A stretch of 64,000 nucleotides of DNA from Puniceicoccales bacterium. Its GTDB lineage: Bacteria > Verrucomicrobiota > Verrucomicrobiia > Opitutales > LL51. Numbering within the stretch: position 1 is the stretch's first letter; each line of letters begins with the position of its first letter. Below, piece by piece: positions 18,503 to 27,809 of the stretch. The notes under the pieces were generated by a model. That model did no database searches. It saw only the letters and a list, made by a program, of their open reading frames with translations, and had not been told where the DNA came from. The translations under genes were made by a program, and so were the position numbers. The stretch spans positions 29,491-93,490 of the forward strand of contig JAISXO010000034.1 in the NCBI GenBank assembly GCA_031270475.1, read 5' to 3'.

Positions 18503-19474
18503 ATGAATTGGTTATTGCGCATCGGTAAAGTTTTTTTCATAACGGGTTTACTTTTTTTGGTCGGTTGCGACGGTAATAATATTTGTAATATGACGCCGAA
18601 TGTTATCACTCAAAATCAGTCAAATATCTATACCCTTACTGTGGCTGTCCGCGGTCTGAACAATGGCATCGTGCGGAAAAATATCAAGCCCTACGTGGTC
18701 GTCAACGGCGAAAAACATGAGATGAAAAAACATCCCGATGGCAATAATATGTTCGTTTATGACTATCATTTCAATGGCATCGGAACAATTCCATACTATT
18801 TTGAAGTGGTTTATGTCGGTACTCGCAATGGTATTCCTCGGGAGAAAATTGCGAAATCTGATCTGTTTAGTACGGCGGTGACGGATAAATATATTTTTGC
18901 TTTGAATGCTAATCGCGGACCGGTCGGTGCAACGGTGAATATCGTCGGCTATGGTTTGACTCGGGCGGATAAGGTGCGCTTTGGAGGACGTACCCTATCC
19001 GCAAATTGGCTGTCCTCCGGTGCCATTGAATTTGTCGTCCCTTCCGTGGAATGCGATAGTGAGTACGAAGTATATCTGCTTACGAACCGAAAGGAACTTT
19101 TGGCAGGAACATTCTTTGTGGATGAATCGGTCTTGCATTGCAGTACGGACTTTATTCGCCTCGCCAATGGCGAAAGTCAACGCCTTGTGTTTATGATCGA
19201 TCACCCTGCCCAGGAAGATGGCGTCGAAGTCGAAATTACAACCGATATTCCTGATAATATTGTTATGCCGGAAGTACATTTTATGCCCGGTGAACGCACG
19301 GTGAGCGTGAATATTACCGGCGGTGAAGATGCGGCTAAGGGGACACTGTTTGTTCGGGCTAAAGGCTATTCATCGTTGGAAATTCCTTTGGAAATCGGCG
19401 ATGTGGACGCGGAAACTGTCTCTTCCGATTTTCAGTCCGCTCCCGAAGAAAGTGATGATGTCGTCGTCTTGTAA
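18503..19474 (+). CDS. lipoprotein with IPT/TIG-like repeats
   Basis: The internal ATG of ORF 18341..19474 gives MNWLLRIGKVFFITGLLFLVGC (lipobox LVGC). GPVGATVNIVGYGL...VRFGG resembles IPT/TIG. Confidence 0.6.
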   Translation: MNWLLRIGKVFFITGLLFLVGCDGNNICNMTPNVITQNQSNIYTLTVAVRGLNNGIVRKNIKPYVVVNGEKHEMKKHPDGNNMFVYDYHFNGIGTIPYYFEVVYVGTRNGIPREKIAKSDLFSTAVTDKYIFALNANRGPVGATVNIVGYGLTRADKVRFGGRTLSANWLSSGAIEFVVPSVECDSEYEVYLLTNRKELLAGTFFVDESVLHCSTDFIRLANGESQRLVFMIDHPAQEDGVEVEITTDIPDNIVMPEVHFMPGERTVSVNITGGEDAAKGTLFVRAKGYSSLEIPLEIGDVDAETVSSDFQSAPEESDDVVVL

Positions 19475-19517
19475 AATGTGAAATGTTTTTGATTGAGTTC
19501 TTCTTGATGTGTTTTTT

Positions 19518-19588
19518 GTGCACCCGTGGAGGCTTCGCCTCCTAACCTTTTTTCAAAAGGTTTTGCGGCTTTGCCGCAACGGGTGCAC
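19518..19588. repeat. nested-hairpin element with the same architecture and a different sequence
   Basis: Outer stem GTGCACCCGT / ACGGGTGCAC encloses GGAGGC-ttc-GCCTCC, AACCTTTT-ttca-AAAAGGTT and TTGCGGC-ttt-GCCGCAA. Lies between convergent genes. Confidence 0.8.
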
Positions 19589-19596
19589 AAGTAAAT

Positions 19597-19977
19597 TCAG
19601 ACGAGCAATGCGATGGCGGAGGCGATGGATTGGGTATGGGTGAGTGTGATAAGGATTTCGGAGCCCTGGAATTGTTTTAACAGAGATAGGCCATATTGGT
19701 CGAGAAGAATGGTAGGGCGGCCATTATTTTGGTGATGAACTTCGGCACTTTTCCAAAGGAATTGTTGACCGACGCCGCAATGAAATGCTTTAGCGACGGC
19801 TTCTTTAGCTGCGAAGCAAGAAGCGAGGGAATGGAATGGATTTTTTTTAGAGAAGCAGTATTGAATTTCGCCAGGGGTATAAATTTTTCGCAAGAAGCTA
19901 TTGTTATATTTTTGGTAAGCGGATTGAATGCGGGCAATTTCGATGATATCGTGACCGATGGAAAGAATAGAATTCAT
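19597..19977 (-). CDS. acpS: holo-[acyl-carrier-protein] synthase
   Basis: The internal ATG (19977) of ORF 19597..20052 gives MNSILSIGHDIIEIARI, the AcpS N-terminal signature. 126 aa. Confidence 0.85.
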   Translation of the reverse strand: MNSILSIGHDIIEIARIQSAYQKYNNSFLRKIYTPGEIQYCFSKKNPFHSLASCFAAKEAVAKAFHCGVGQQFLWKSAEVHHQNNGRPTILLDQYGLSLLKQFQGSEILITLTHTQSIASAIALLV

Positions 19978-20065
19978 ATAACGGATCAGCGTATAGTTTT
20001 TTCTAAAAGGATACATAAAAAAAGGCGGATTATTCCGCCCTTTTACTTTCAAGTTTTATAAATGA

Positions 20066-23000
20066 TTAGAATGCATAGGAAGCCGTGATAGAACCTGCAA
20101 GATCTCGGAAATGGTCACCGATTTGAGTATGGCCACCGAGTGACAGCCCGAAGTTACCGAATTTCATATTCCAGGAAGCCCTTGCTACGAAGGAATTTTT
20201 AGCAGTATCGACATTGAAAGCGTCGAACTCAAAGGATTCGGCAACTTGGCTTCCATTAGCAACCGTTGCCCCTTTGTAACTACCTGTATTATATATTTCT
20301 TTGAGAGATACTTCACCGTTTCTTCGATTACGGAACTCATGTTTGTAACCCAGAGCCAACTCGAGCATACCCGACGAGAAATCGTAATCCGCAGCTATAC
20401 CAATTGCTGCTTCGACGGGATAATGATCCGCTGCAGCGACTTTGCGTTCGAAATGCGCGTTAGGAACGTCATCGAGGTGTACGCTATCAGCTTTTTGATG
20501 GATTGTCGAGGCCGATAGGGATACCCACGGACCAACATTAAAGCCGAAAAGATTCCAATGTTTATAGGTACAATCGATATTGCCGCTGATCCAGTGCCCT
20601 TTATGGTCGGGATGTACAGTTGGAGTAGCAATTGCAGTCAATGACGGTAGAGCATAGTGTTCCTTATATTTCCCGTGCCCTGCCATGATGGAGAATTTAA
20701 CACAGATATCCTGGATAAATTCATCCCACATACCATAGATACCGCCGAAGTAGGAATCCAAGTTGCCTTTGCTGGCATCGGCATTAACTAGATGTACATC
20801 TCCCTTGTATTTAGCCTTCGCCTTACCGCCTCCACCGAGTGCGCCAATGAGCAGATTATTATTTGCGCGCCAATCGATACCAGCAGTAAATCCATAGATA
20901 TCGCAATCCATCTTATAGGAGCTCGATGTACCATTTTTTGTGGTATCACCGAAGCCGGAGGCCCACACACTATAATGTTTGTCGCCGAAGAACTCTCCGC
21001 CCATTTTGGAATAGGCAGTTTCGCGTGCGCTATTGATTAATGCCAATGTCATGCGATTCTTTTCTTCGGTTGTGGTTTTTGAGAATGCGGGAAGAGCACC
21101 AGCTTCGCCTGCCTGGACATAATTCAAAATACCTGCTTCAATTGAGGTATTAACCCCATTCTCATATGCATTATTGACGATTTTTTGGAATTTACCTGAA
21201 AGGTAGGAAGTGTCCAACTTACCGCCAAGCAATTCTTGAATGGTGGCCGCCACCTTCGCATTCGAGAGATCCAATACAACATTGCCCGATGCAGGGTCCA
21301 TTTCAAATGTTACACCTTTAGGTAATCCTTCCGGAGAAAAAAGTTTTACAATGTCGTCTTTACTGGTATTACCCGTGAGGGCTATGAATTGAAGTTGAGG
21401 ATTTTTGGCTTTATAAGCATCCAAGAGTGCTTGGAATGCTTTGCTTCCCATCTGTGTAGCATCTTTCCCTTCAATACCGAGGACGATATGCACTTTTTCG
21501 TTTGCAGGGATATCAAACGTTCCGCTTGCCCAGTTTAATATTGTTGCAGGTTTCGCAGCATCTGGATCGCCTAACAAGAAAGTGAGTCGCAAATCACGGC
21601 CTGCGCTGATATCACCTTTCAAGCTAACCTCATGAGAATCTAGGAACCGAATTTCGCCATCTTCATCGGCCTTAATTGCAGTATAAAGTCCCGCGTCTAA
21701 GGTGATAGGATCGAAGAGTACGCTGGCACCCTTTTCGAGTTTGACCAAAACGATGCGTTTTGCATTATCACCGTGGAGATCTAATTTTAACGTTCCGGTT
21801 CCGCTGGGATCATCGGAGCCGATGACTTTCGCATGGCTTCCTGCCTTAACGAGAATGAATTGGGAGCTGTCTTTGGTATTGATTTTATCCAATACAGAAT
21901 CGGCAGCAGTATCGTGCAGCCGTACGGTCTTACCATTGAGTCGGATTTCGCGAGGCTGGACCATCGAACCGCCTGTGACCACAATGTAATTGTGATAGGA
22001 AATACCGTCAACATTCTCTATGGAGAAATCGACCTTCGAATCTGGGGCATGAGCACCAGCAACCCCTTCAGGTTCACGGACTAGAGAACCCTCGAAAGAC
22101 AAATTACCAGCGACTGAGAATACACCCACATTACCATCACCGCTACCGTTAAGCGCCGGCTTCAAATCAGGGTCTAGTGGTCGGATCGCTCTTCCAGCAA
22201 TTGTCAATGTTACGCCCGGGAGAATTCTAACATCACCGCCCAAGTAATAATCGCCGTTCTCACTAACATCTGCAGGGTCCACAGAGCCTGTTACGGTATC
22301 GGGATGGTTGTCATCACCATATACTGGCAATTTCTGCATGACATATCTTAGGGAGAAATTCTCTAAAACATCGATACCGTCATGGAGATACAGCGAGCCG
22401 TTCTCCATTTCCAATTGGCCTATAATTGTGCTGTCGGTATTGCCTATAAATGAGACTTCTTCCCGTTTATCTCCTCGTATCAAATTTGCTGTTATGGGAT
22501 TTTCAGGGGACGCACCCAGGATCAATTTTTTGAGATATAGTGTTTTGGTTATAGCGAGATCTCCTTCAGAGATTTTTGCAATTTGGAGTGTTAAATGGTC
22601 ATATCCTTGGGTTGGGTTTTCAACGGATGAGATTCCCCAAACGGATCCCCGCGCCTTTGTTTCATTGAGCAATGCTAGGCTGAGATCTTTGTCTAGTTTA
22701 TCATAGGAGATTTCTCCCAATTTCGTAGGCTTGCGATTTTCTCCGTTCGCATCGAAAACGACAACGGATTTCTCATTTTCCCGCATATTTTCGGTCTTGA
22801 TAAATATGCTTCTCTTGTTCTCCTTTATTCCTATTTTGAGGAGCTTAGCAAGTTGGTTTTGGGTGATCTGCAATATAAATGTGCGCAATGGTGCATTAGA
22901 GTCAGCCGCTTCCGGTGCAATCACAAATGGCGCCTTAATCTCATAGTTATTTACGAGATCAGCCAAAGTGTTGTCGAAGACACCAGCCCATGTCCCCCCC

Positions 23001-24208
23001 GCTTGAAAATTCCGAACCCAGTTAAAAAGCTCATTGCCAAGGAAATCTTCATCTAATATCCAATCCATTTGAGAGATAAAGTTACTCCAACTGCCTTTAT
23101 ACTCTTTAAGGGCATCTCGGATATCCTCAAATCGACAAGCTGCGCCATGAATACTAAGCTGCCCTGTGCAATTCGTAACGGCATTGAGTGTGTTGTCCAG
23201 GAAGTTGTTGAGAGCATCCTTGGCCGTTTTCACAGTAAGATGCGTTCCCGAGGTAGTTTTTTCTCTCTCAATAGCATCCTGAATGGCTTTTATTGCATCA
23301 TTCATTTGTTGGTTGGTAATGCCGCCAGTGACTTTGGTATTAAAAAGCACAGCCAATGCGGGGCCACCTGCGTCGGATGTCCCATCAGTCCAGGGGACCG
23401 TGGTGGCACCATCAGCGAGTGTCAGGCCACCAAAATTGGTTTGGCCAATAGCGCTACCCTTGGCACTAGCTGCCGCTGCGGCAACATTCTCAAGGGCCTT
23501 TTTCATATCATCTACGCTGACGATATCCCCTGAGAGGCCTGCATTAGCAGTATACGTTGATAGTTTCAGGGTGTCCAAAACCGCTAAAATGGCATCATAG
23601 GCCGCGTCATTTGTAGTACTAGGCTTAACATTGGTATCCGCACTAGCCTTTACATCCGTGCAAGCTGCCTTATATACATTGATGAGCTTTTGAGCACTAG
23701 CAACCTGAGCAGCTTGATACAAAGCGTAAAACGCTCCACCAACAGTATTTTTTCCCAGATCGTCATCATAATGACCAACCTTTGTATTATGCACGATTAT
23801 ACCATTTGCAACAGCAGCCGGAACCCCGTCCTTGATATGGACATCGAAATCTGTTCCCGGTTCATTGGCACGGTCAAAAACGACCTGAACCGTATTACCT
23901 GCCTTGCCCGTTCCAAGGATCTTAATCGAATCTTCCTGTTTGTCCCTGAAAACATTCCCTTGCCTTGATCCTTCTGACAAATTGCCATTCTGATCGAAGA
24001 TCCACGCATCATTACCTGTTGCCTTATTAGCGAACAAGCGGGTATCCGGTCTAATCCCTTGGAGATCAAAATCTCCTGGGAAAGCCGTTGGCGCCGTCGA
24101 GTCCGACCCATATGCGTTCGTCCCCATAAGTGAATAACCCAAACCTAAAATTGCCAATAAACCATAACGATTTACCAGCAAACCTACCTTTTTACTTTCT
24201 TCCTTCAT
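20066..24208 (-). CDS. large autotransporter / outer-membrane adhesin-like protein
   Basis: 1380 aa. N-terminal signal-like segment. Long Gly/Asn/Thr-rich passenger. C-terminal ~280 aa with alternating beta-strand pattern ending ...ITASYAF (terminal aromatic). Confidence 0.75.
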   Translation of the reverse strand: MKEESKKVGLLVNRYGLLAILGLGYSLMGTNAYGSDSTAPTAFPGDFDLQGIRPDTRLFANKATGNDAWIFDQNGNLSEGSRQGNVFRDKQEDSIKILGTGKAGNTVQVVFDRANEPGTDFDVHIKDGVPAAVANGIIVHNTKVGHYDDDLGKNTVGGAFYALYQAAQVASAQKLINVYKAACTDVKASADTNVKPSTTNDAAYDAILAVLDTLKLSTYTANAGLSGDIVSVDDMKKALENVAAAAASAKGSAIGQTNFGGLTLADGATTVPWTDGTSDAGGPALAVLFNTKVTGGITNQQMNDAIKAIQDAIEREKTTSGTHLTVKTAKDALNNFLDNTLNAVTNCTGQLSIHGAACRFEDIRDALKEYKGSWSNFISQMDWILDEDFLGNELFNWVRNFQAGGTWAGVFDNTLADLVNNYEIKAPFVIAPEAADSNAPLRTFILQITQNQLAKLLKIGIKENKRSIFIKTENMRENEKSVVVFDANGENRKPTKLGEISYDKLDKDLSLALLNETKARGSVWGISSVENPTQGYDHLTLQIAKISEGDLAITKTLYLKKLILGASPENPITANLIRGDKREEVSFIGNTDSTIIGQLEMENGSLYLHDGIDVLENFSLRYVMQKLPVYGDDNHPDTVTGSVDPADVSENGDYYLGGDVRILPGVTLTIAGRAIRPLDPDLKPALNGSGDGNVGVFSVAGNLSFEGSLVREPEGVAGAHAPDSKVDFSIENVDGISYHNYIVVTGGSMVQPREIRLNGKTVRLHDTAADSVLDKINTKDSSQFILVKAGSHAKVIGSDDPSGTGTLKLDLHGDNAKRIVLVKLEKGASVLFDPITLDAGLYTAIKADEDGEIRFLDSHEVSLKGDISAGRDLRLTFLLGDPDAAKPATILNWASGTFDIPANEKVHIVLGIEGKDATQMGSKAFQALLDAYKAKNPQLQFIALTGNTSKDDIVKLFSPEGLPKGVTFEMDPASGNVVLDLSNAKVAATIQELLGGKLDTSYLSGKFQKIVNNAYENGVNTSIEAGILNYVQAGEAGALPAFSKTTTEEKNRMTLALINSARETAYSKMGGEFFGDKHYSVWASGFGDTTKNGTSSSYKMDCDIYGFTAGIDWRANNNLLIGALGGGGKAKAKYKGDVHLVNADASKGNLDSYFGGIYGMWDEFIQDICVKFSIMAGHGKYKEHYALPSLTAIATPTVHPDHKGHWISGNIDCTYKHWNLFGFNVGPWVSLSASTIHQKADSVHLDDVPNAHFERKVAAADHYPVEAAIGIAADYDFSSGMLELALGYKHEFRNRRNGEVSLKEIYNTGSYKGATVANGSQVAESFEFDAFNVDTAKNSFVARASWNMKFGNFGLSLGGHTQIGDHFRDLAGSITASYAF

Positions 24209-24253
24209 AACCTTCTTTCTGAATCAAAAGTATGGATATACTTTATCACCGAC

Positions 24254-24282
24254 CAATTTGTCTTTTAGGAGAGATTTGTCAA
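24254..24282 (-). promoter_or_regulatory. candidate sigma70-type promoter of the autotransporter gene
   Basis: The minus strand reads A9/A7 tracts, TTGACA (24282-24277), 17 nt, AAATTG (24259-24254). Lies ~45 nt upstream of ATG 24208. Confidence 0.35.
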
Positions 24283-24327
24283 TATCTTTATTGCATTTTT
24301 TTATTTTTTTTTGCCCATGTTTTTTGC

Positions 24328-25821
24328 CTATTCGAAACGGCCATTTTCCACGTGTACGAGCTCCCAGAGGCGGTAGCGTTGACTACCTTTGATAAAAATA
24401 TTTCCCTGAATTTTCCTTTGAAAGATTGCCTTTATTCGTTCTATTTCTTCGCCATAGAAAATTGTTAACGTTCCGGCGATTGCCTTTAATCGATTACAAA
24501 AAATTTTCATTTCTTCTCCGACGGCGAAAATTATTACGTTTTTTTTATTAAAAAAATATTCCGCCAGAACTTCATGATAATTTTGTGAGAATTCTCCCAA
24601 CTCGCGCATTCCGCCCAGGACGTAGGTATTATCGCCGGGGTATTTTTGATCAAAAAATTGCAGTGCGTCCATCATGGCAACTGGATTTGCGTTGTAGCAG
24701 TCGAGGTAAACTTCACGGCCTTGGAAATAGATTGTTTCGCCCCGCAATTTCCCGGGATTCCACAACAAAATACGTTTTTGGATGGTATCGTCGGAGAGTC
24801 CTAAAATTTTTACTGCCGTTGCTGCTTTGGCGAAGTTTTCTTTTTGCCCGGCGCTCATTTCCGGAAATCTGAAGGTGGTGCCATCGAAATAGGTTCCATG
24901 TAGCGTGATTTTATTTTCTTCCGTGGATTTCTTTTCTTTTGGGAATTGGAAGTGGGACCAGTTTTGGTGACTTTCTTTTTGATCGCTACTCATTTCCGGT
25001 GCCGTAAAAGTAGCTCCCGCGGAATAAGTTTCCTGCAAAGTGAATTTCTTTTCTTCCGTAGATTGATTTTTTTTGCCGCATTGGAAGTGAGTAAAGCGAG
25101 GGAAATGCGAAATGTTTTTCCCTTGACCAATGACGATACATTGAGCGGCGAGTCGGCGGAACGGCATATACCCAAGGCAACTTTCCGGAATGATCCCAAT
25201 TTTTTTGCGTGCGATAGTATTTTCTAAAATTTTGCATTTTTCATTGACAAGCTGTTCAAAATTCGTAAAATTCGCGATATGTGTGAGTGTGATCCCAATT
25301 GTAATAGAGATTTCTGGTTCGACTAAATCGATGATGCGATCCATTTCGCCAGGGTGGTCGATTCCGCCCTCGATAACGCCGAAACGCTGGGATTTCATGT
25401 GACTGAGCGTGAGTGTAACGCCGAGTTCATTGTTGAGATTTTCGCGTGTTCCGTAGGCGTCGTCGGCGAGCAGGAGTTTGAGCATATCTTTTGTGGAAGT
25501 TTTGCCGTAGCTGCCGGTGATAGCGATGATGGTATAACTTTTCCGGTGAATTTTTGCGAGTGTTCTAGCGGCTTCGAGAACGTCAGGGACGCGGAGTTGA
25601 GGCAGGGTGAGATTTTTATTGATCCGGTTAACGAGAGCGCAGCTTGCTCCATTTTGTTGGGCGTGAGCGAGAAAATCGTGACCATTCCGTTGGGCGGTGA
25701 GGGCAAGGAAACAATCGCCGGGTTGGAGGGTTCGCGTATCGTTCCAGAAGCCGTTAATTTCGTTCGGAAGCTGGCCATAAAACTCTATTTCTGGCAACCG
25801 TTGAAAGAGGGTTGTCTCCAT
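24328..25821 (-). CDS. murF: UDP-N-acetylmuramoyl-tripeptide--D-alanyl-D-alanine ligase, with an internal 45-aa duplication
   Basis: 497 aa. ITGSYGKTSTKDML Mur-ligase P-loop. Order of N-terminal, central and C-terminal domains is typical of MurF. Confidence 0.85.
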   Translation of the reverse strand: METTLFQRLPEIEFYGQLPNEINGFWNDTRTLQPGDCFLALTAQRNGHDFLAHAQQNGASCALVNRINKNLTLPQLRVPDVLEAARTLAKIHRKSYTIIAITGSYGKTSTKDMLKLLLADDAYGTRENLNNELGVTLTLSHMKSQRFGVIEGGIDHPGEMDRIIDLVEPEISITIGITLTHIANFTNFEQLVNEKCKILENTIARKKIGIIPESCLGYMPFRRLAAQCIVIGQGKNISHFPRFTHFQCGKKNQSTEEKKFTLQETYSAGATFTAPEMSSDQKESHQNWSHFQFPKEKKSTEENKITLHGTYFDGTTFRFPEMSAGQKENFAKAATAVKILGLSDDTIQKRILLWNPGKLRGETIYFQGREVYLDCYNANPVAMMDALQFFDQKYPGDNTYVLGGMRELGEFSQNYHEVLAEYFFNKKNVIIFAVGEEMKIFCNRLKAIAGTLTIFYGEEIERIKAIFQRKIQGNIFIKGSQRYRLWELVHVENGRFE

Positions 25822-25964
25822 AATGGTGGTAGTATAAATTAACGGAAAAAGGGAAGCGATAAAATTTTTTTCGAGTTAATCATTGATTCGGTTAGCGAGA
25901 GCGCAGTTTGCGTCATTTCGTTGTGCATGAGCAAGAAAAATTATAATTCGAGAATAAAAAGCAC

Positions 25965-26023
25965 TTGACAGAGTAAAAAATCGTCCAAGGCTAGGGAGCA
26001 GGGGAGAGAGTAAGCGAAGCGTC
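25965..26023 (+). promoter_or_regulatory. promoter-like module, degenerate orphan copy
   Basis: aataaaaagcaCTTGACA (25965-25970), 17 nt, AGGCTA, 5 nt, CAGGGGAGAGAGTAAGCGAAGCGTC. It points at the 3' end of the convergent rpoN. Confidence 0.4.
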
Positions 26024-26081
26024 TGGAGGTGGTCTTGATTGTAAAGTCATCGTCAATTTTCGTTAATTATTTATTTATTTT

Positions 26082-27458
26082 TTATATATATCGCCGCACG
26101 TTTGCCGACGGAATCGCAAGGAACGTACGATATTTAGTCACGGTTCGTCGAGCAATCCAAATGCCTTCATTTTGAAGTATTTGGGCGATTTTTTCATCGC
26201 TGAGCGGTTTGTTTTTGTTTTCATTTTTGATAATATTTTTAATACTCTCTCGGAGCGTGTTTTGTGCGATGAGGGAGCCATGATTACCGTGGGAAAAAAA
26301 GAAATCCAGCGGAATAATTCGATGTGGAATTTGAACATATTTATTTTTGACAGCCCGGGAAAGTGTTGTGGAGTGGATTTCGAGGCATTCCGCCACTTGT
26401 TTTTGACTCTGCGGACGAAGAAAATCACTGCCATTTTCTAGGAAGTCGCTTTGAAATTTCAAAATATATTCGGCAATTTTTTGTAAAGTTTCCCGGCGCT
26501 TGTGCAGCATCTTAACCAAAAATTGGGCTTGTTGTTTGTTCTCGGTAAAAAAATTACGGTCTTCGCGCTTTGATGAATGGGTAAACATCCTTAGGTAAAG
26601 GTCATTTATACGAATTTCCGGTGCACCGCGAACTTCGCAGCTCCAATGGCCGTCAATTTTTTGGAAAATAATTTCTGGAACAATCGCCGGATTGGCGTTG
26701 GGCATAATCGTTTTGAGCGGTGCAAAATTTAGCAATTTCAAGGGCACCAAAAGTGTACGCAATTCGGATGCCGTCTTACATAATTTTCTCCGCAATTTAG
26801 CGAATCGGCGATGCTCGAGGTCATCGAAATAGTGTGCAACGAGGTCATGGAGCGGCGTATTTTCCGGAATTTGCAACCGAAAGCAATCCTGCAAATCATG
26901 GGCACCAATCCCCTTCGGCGAAAGCGATCGCAATATCGCATAGGCTGTTTCAAAAACATTTTGCCGCGCATCGTCGGTCCGCGCATCGCAATTTTCCTCG
27001 CCATCCGGCCAAGAAATCCCGTACTGCTGAGCCGCATCCTCTGGCAAAAATCCGCGATCATCGAGGCTATTAATTAGCGTCGTCAGTGCCGTTTTTGTCG
27101 CCTCGTCCAAATCGGGAACCTGGGCGAGGAGGTAATCCTCAGGTGAATCTTCGGCACTAATATTTTCTAAAAAATTTGGATTGCTTTCTTCGTTATTTGG
27201 TATATCGCTCGTGCGCGCGCGCGCGCTCATATTAATAGTACTTTCCTTACTTGCACTCGCTGGAAAGCCGTAGGGAGCCGTGTCGGCGATGTCGAGAAGG
27301 GGGTTGCGCTGAATTTCCGCAGCAATGAGCCGGTAAAGTTCCTCGGTCGGCAATTGCAAAATGTCCAGAGAACGGAGCATGGACGGAGATAGTCGTTGGC
27401 TTTGAATTTGTAGGCGATCGTTCCTTAGGTCCACGGCGTAAGCATGGAGAGATACCAA
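26082..27458 (-). CDS. rpoN: RNA polymerase sigma-54 factor
   Basis: 458 aa. Gln/Leu-rich region I, HTH region, and RpoN box ARRTVTKYR near the C-terminus. Confidence 0.95.
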   Translation of the reverse strand: MVSLHAYAVDLRNDRLQIQSQRLSPSMLRSLDILQLPTEELYRLIAAEIQRNPLLDIADTAPYGFPASASKESTINMSARARTSDIPNNEESNPNFLENISAEDSPEDYLLAQVPDLDEATKTALTTLINSLDDRGFLPEDAAQQYGISWPDGEENCDARTDDARQNVFETAYAILRSLSPKGIGAHDLQDCFRLQIPENTPLHDLVAHYFDDLEHRRFAKLRRKLCKTASELRTLLVPLKLLNFAPLKTIMPNANPAIVPEIIFQKIDGHWSCEVRGAPEIRINDLYLRMFTHSSKREDRNFFTENKQQAQFLVKMLHKRRETLQKIAEYILKFQSDFLENGSDFLRPQSQKQVAECLEIHSTTLSRAVKNKYVQIPHRIIPLDFFFSHGNHGSLIAQNTLRESIKNIIKNENKNKPLSDEKIAQILQNEGIWIARRTVTKYRTFLAIPSANVRRYI

Positions 27459-27708
27459 CTTTTTTCAAGAAATGAAGTTAATTTTTGAGGGAATCAATCT
27501 GTGCCAAAAGAATTTCCGCAGCAATGAGCCGGTAAAGTTTCTCGGTCGGCAATTGCAAAATGTCCAGAGAACGGAGCATGGACGGAGATAGTCGTTGGCT
27601 TTGAATTTGTAGGCGATCGTTTCTTAGGTCCACGGCGTAAGCATGGAGAGATACCAACTTTTTTCAAGAAATGAAGTTAATTTTTGAGGGAATCAATCTG
27701 TACCAAAA
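27311..27708. repeat. tandem duplication, 2 x 199 bp, covering the rpoN 5' end and upstream region
   Basis: 27311-27509 and 27510-27708 differ at only a few positions by eye. The distal copy holds an rpoN start codon at 27657 and 49 identical or near-identical codons. Confidence 0.9.
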
Positions 27709-27809
27709 AAAAGCCTGAAGACTATTTCTAGGATAAAAAATATATACGTGACATAATAGACAGTGAGAAAATGCATTTGTCAAGATTTTTCTCAAAAAAT
27801 AAAGAATTT

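Noticed and set aside
24283-24310. A9/A7 homopolymer tracts upstream of the autotransporter promoter, considered as a phase-variation switch.
   Set aside because: The tracts lie upstream of the -35 element (UP-element position), not between -35 and -10 or within the coding sequence. Similar A-tracts precede most CTTGACA promoters here, so they look like a general promoter feature.
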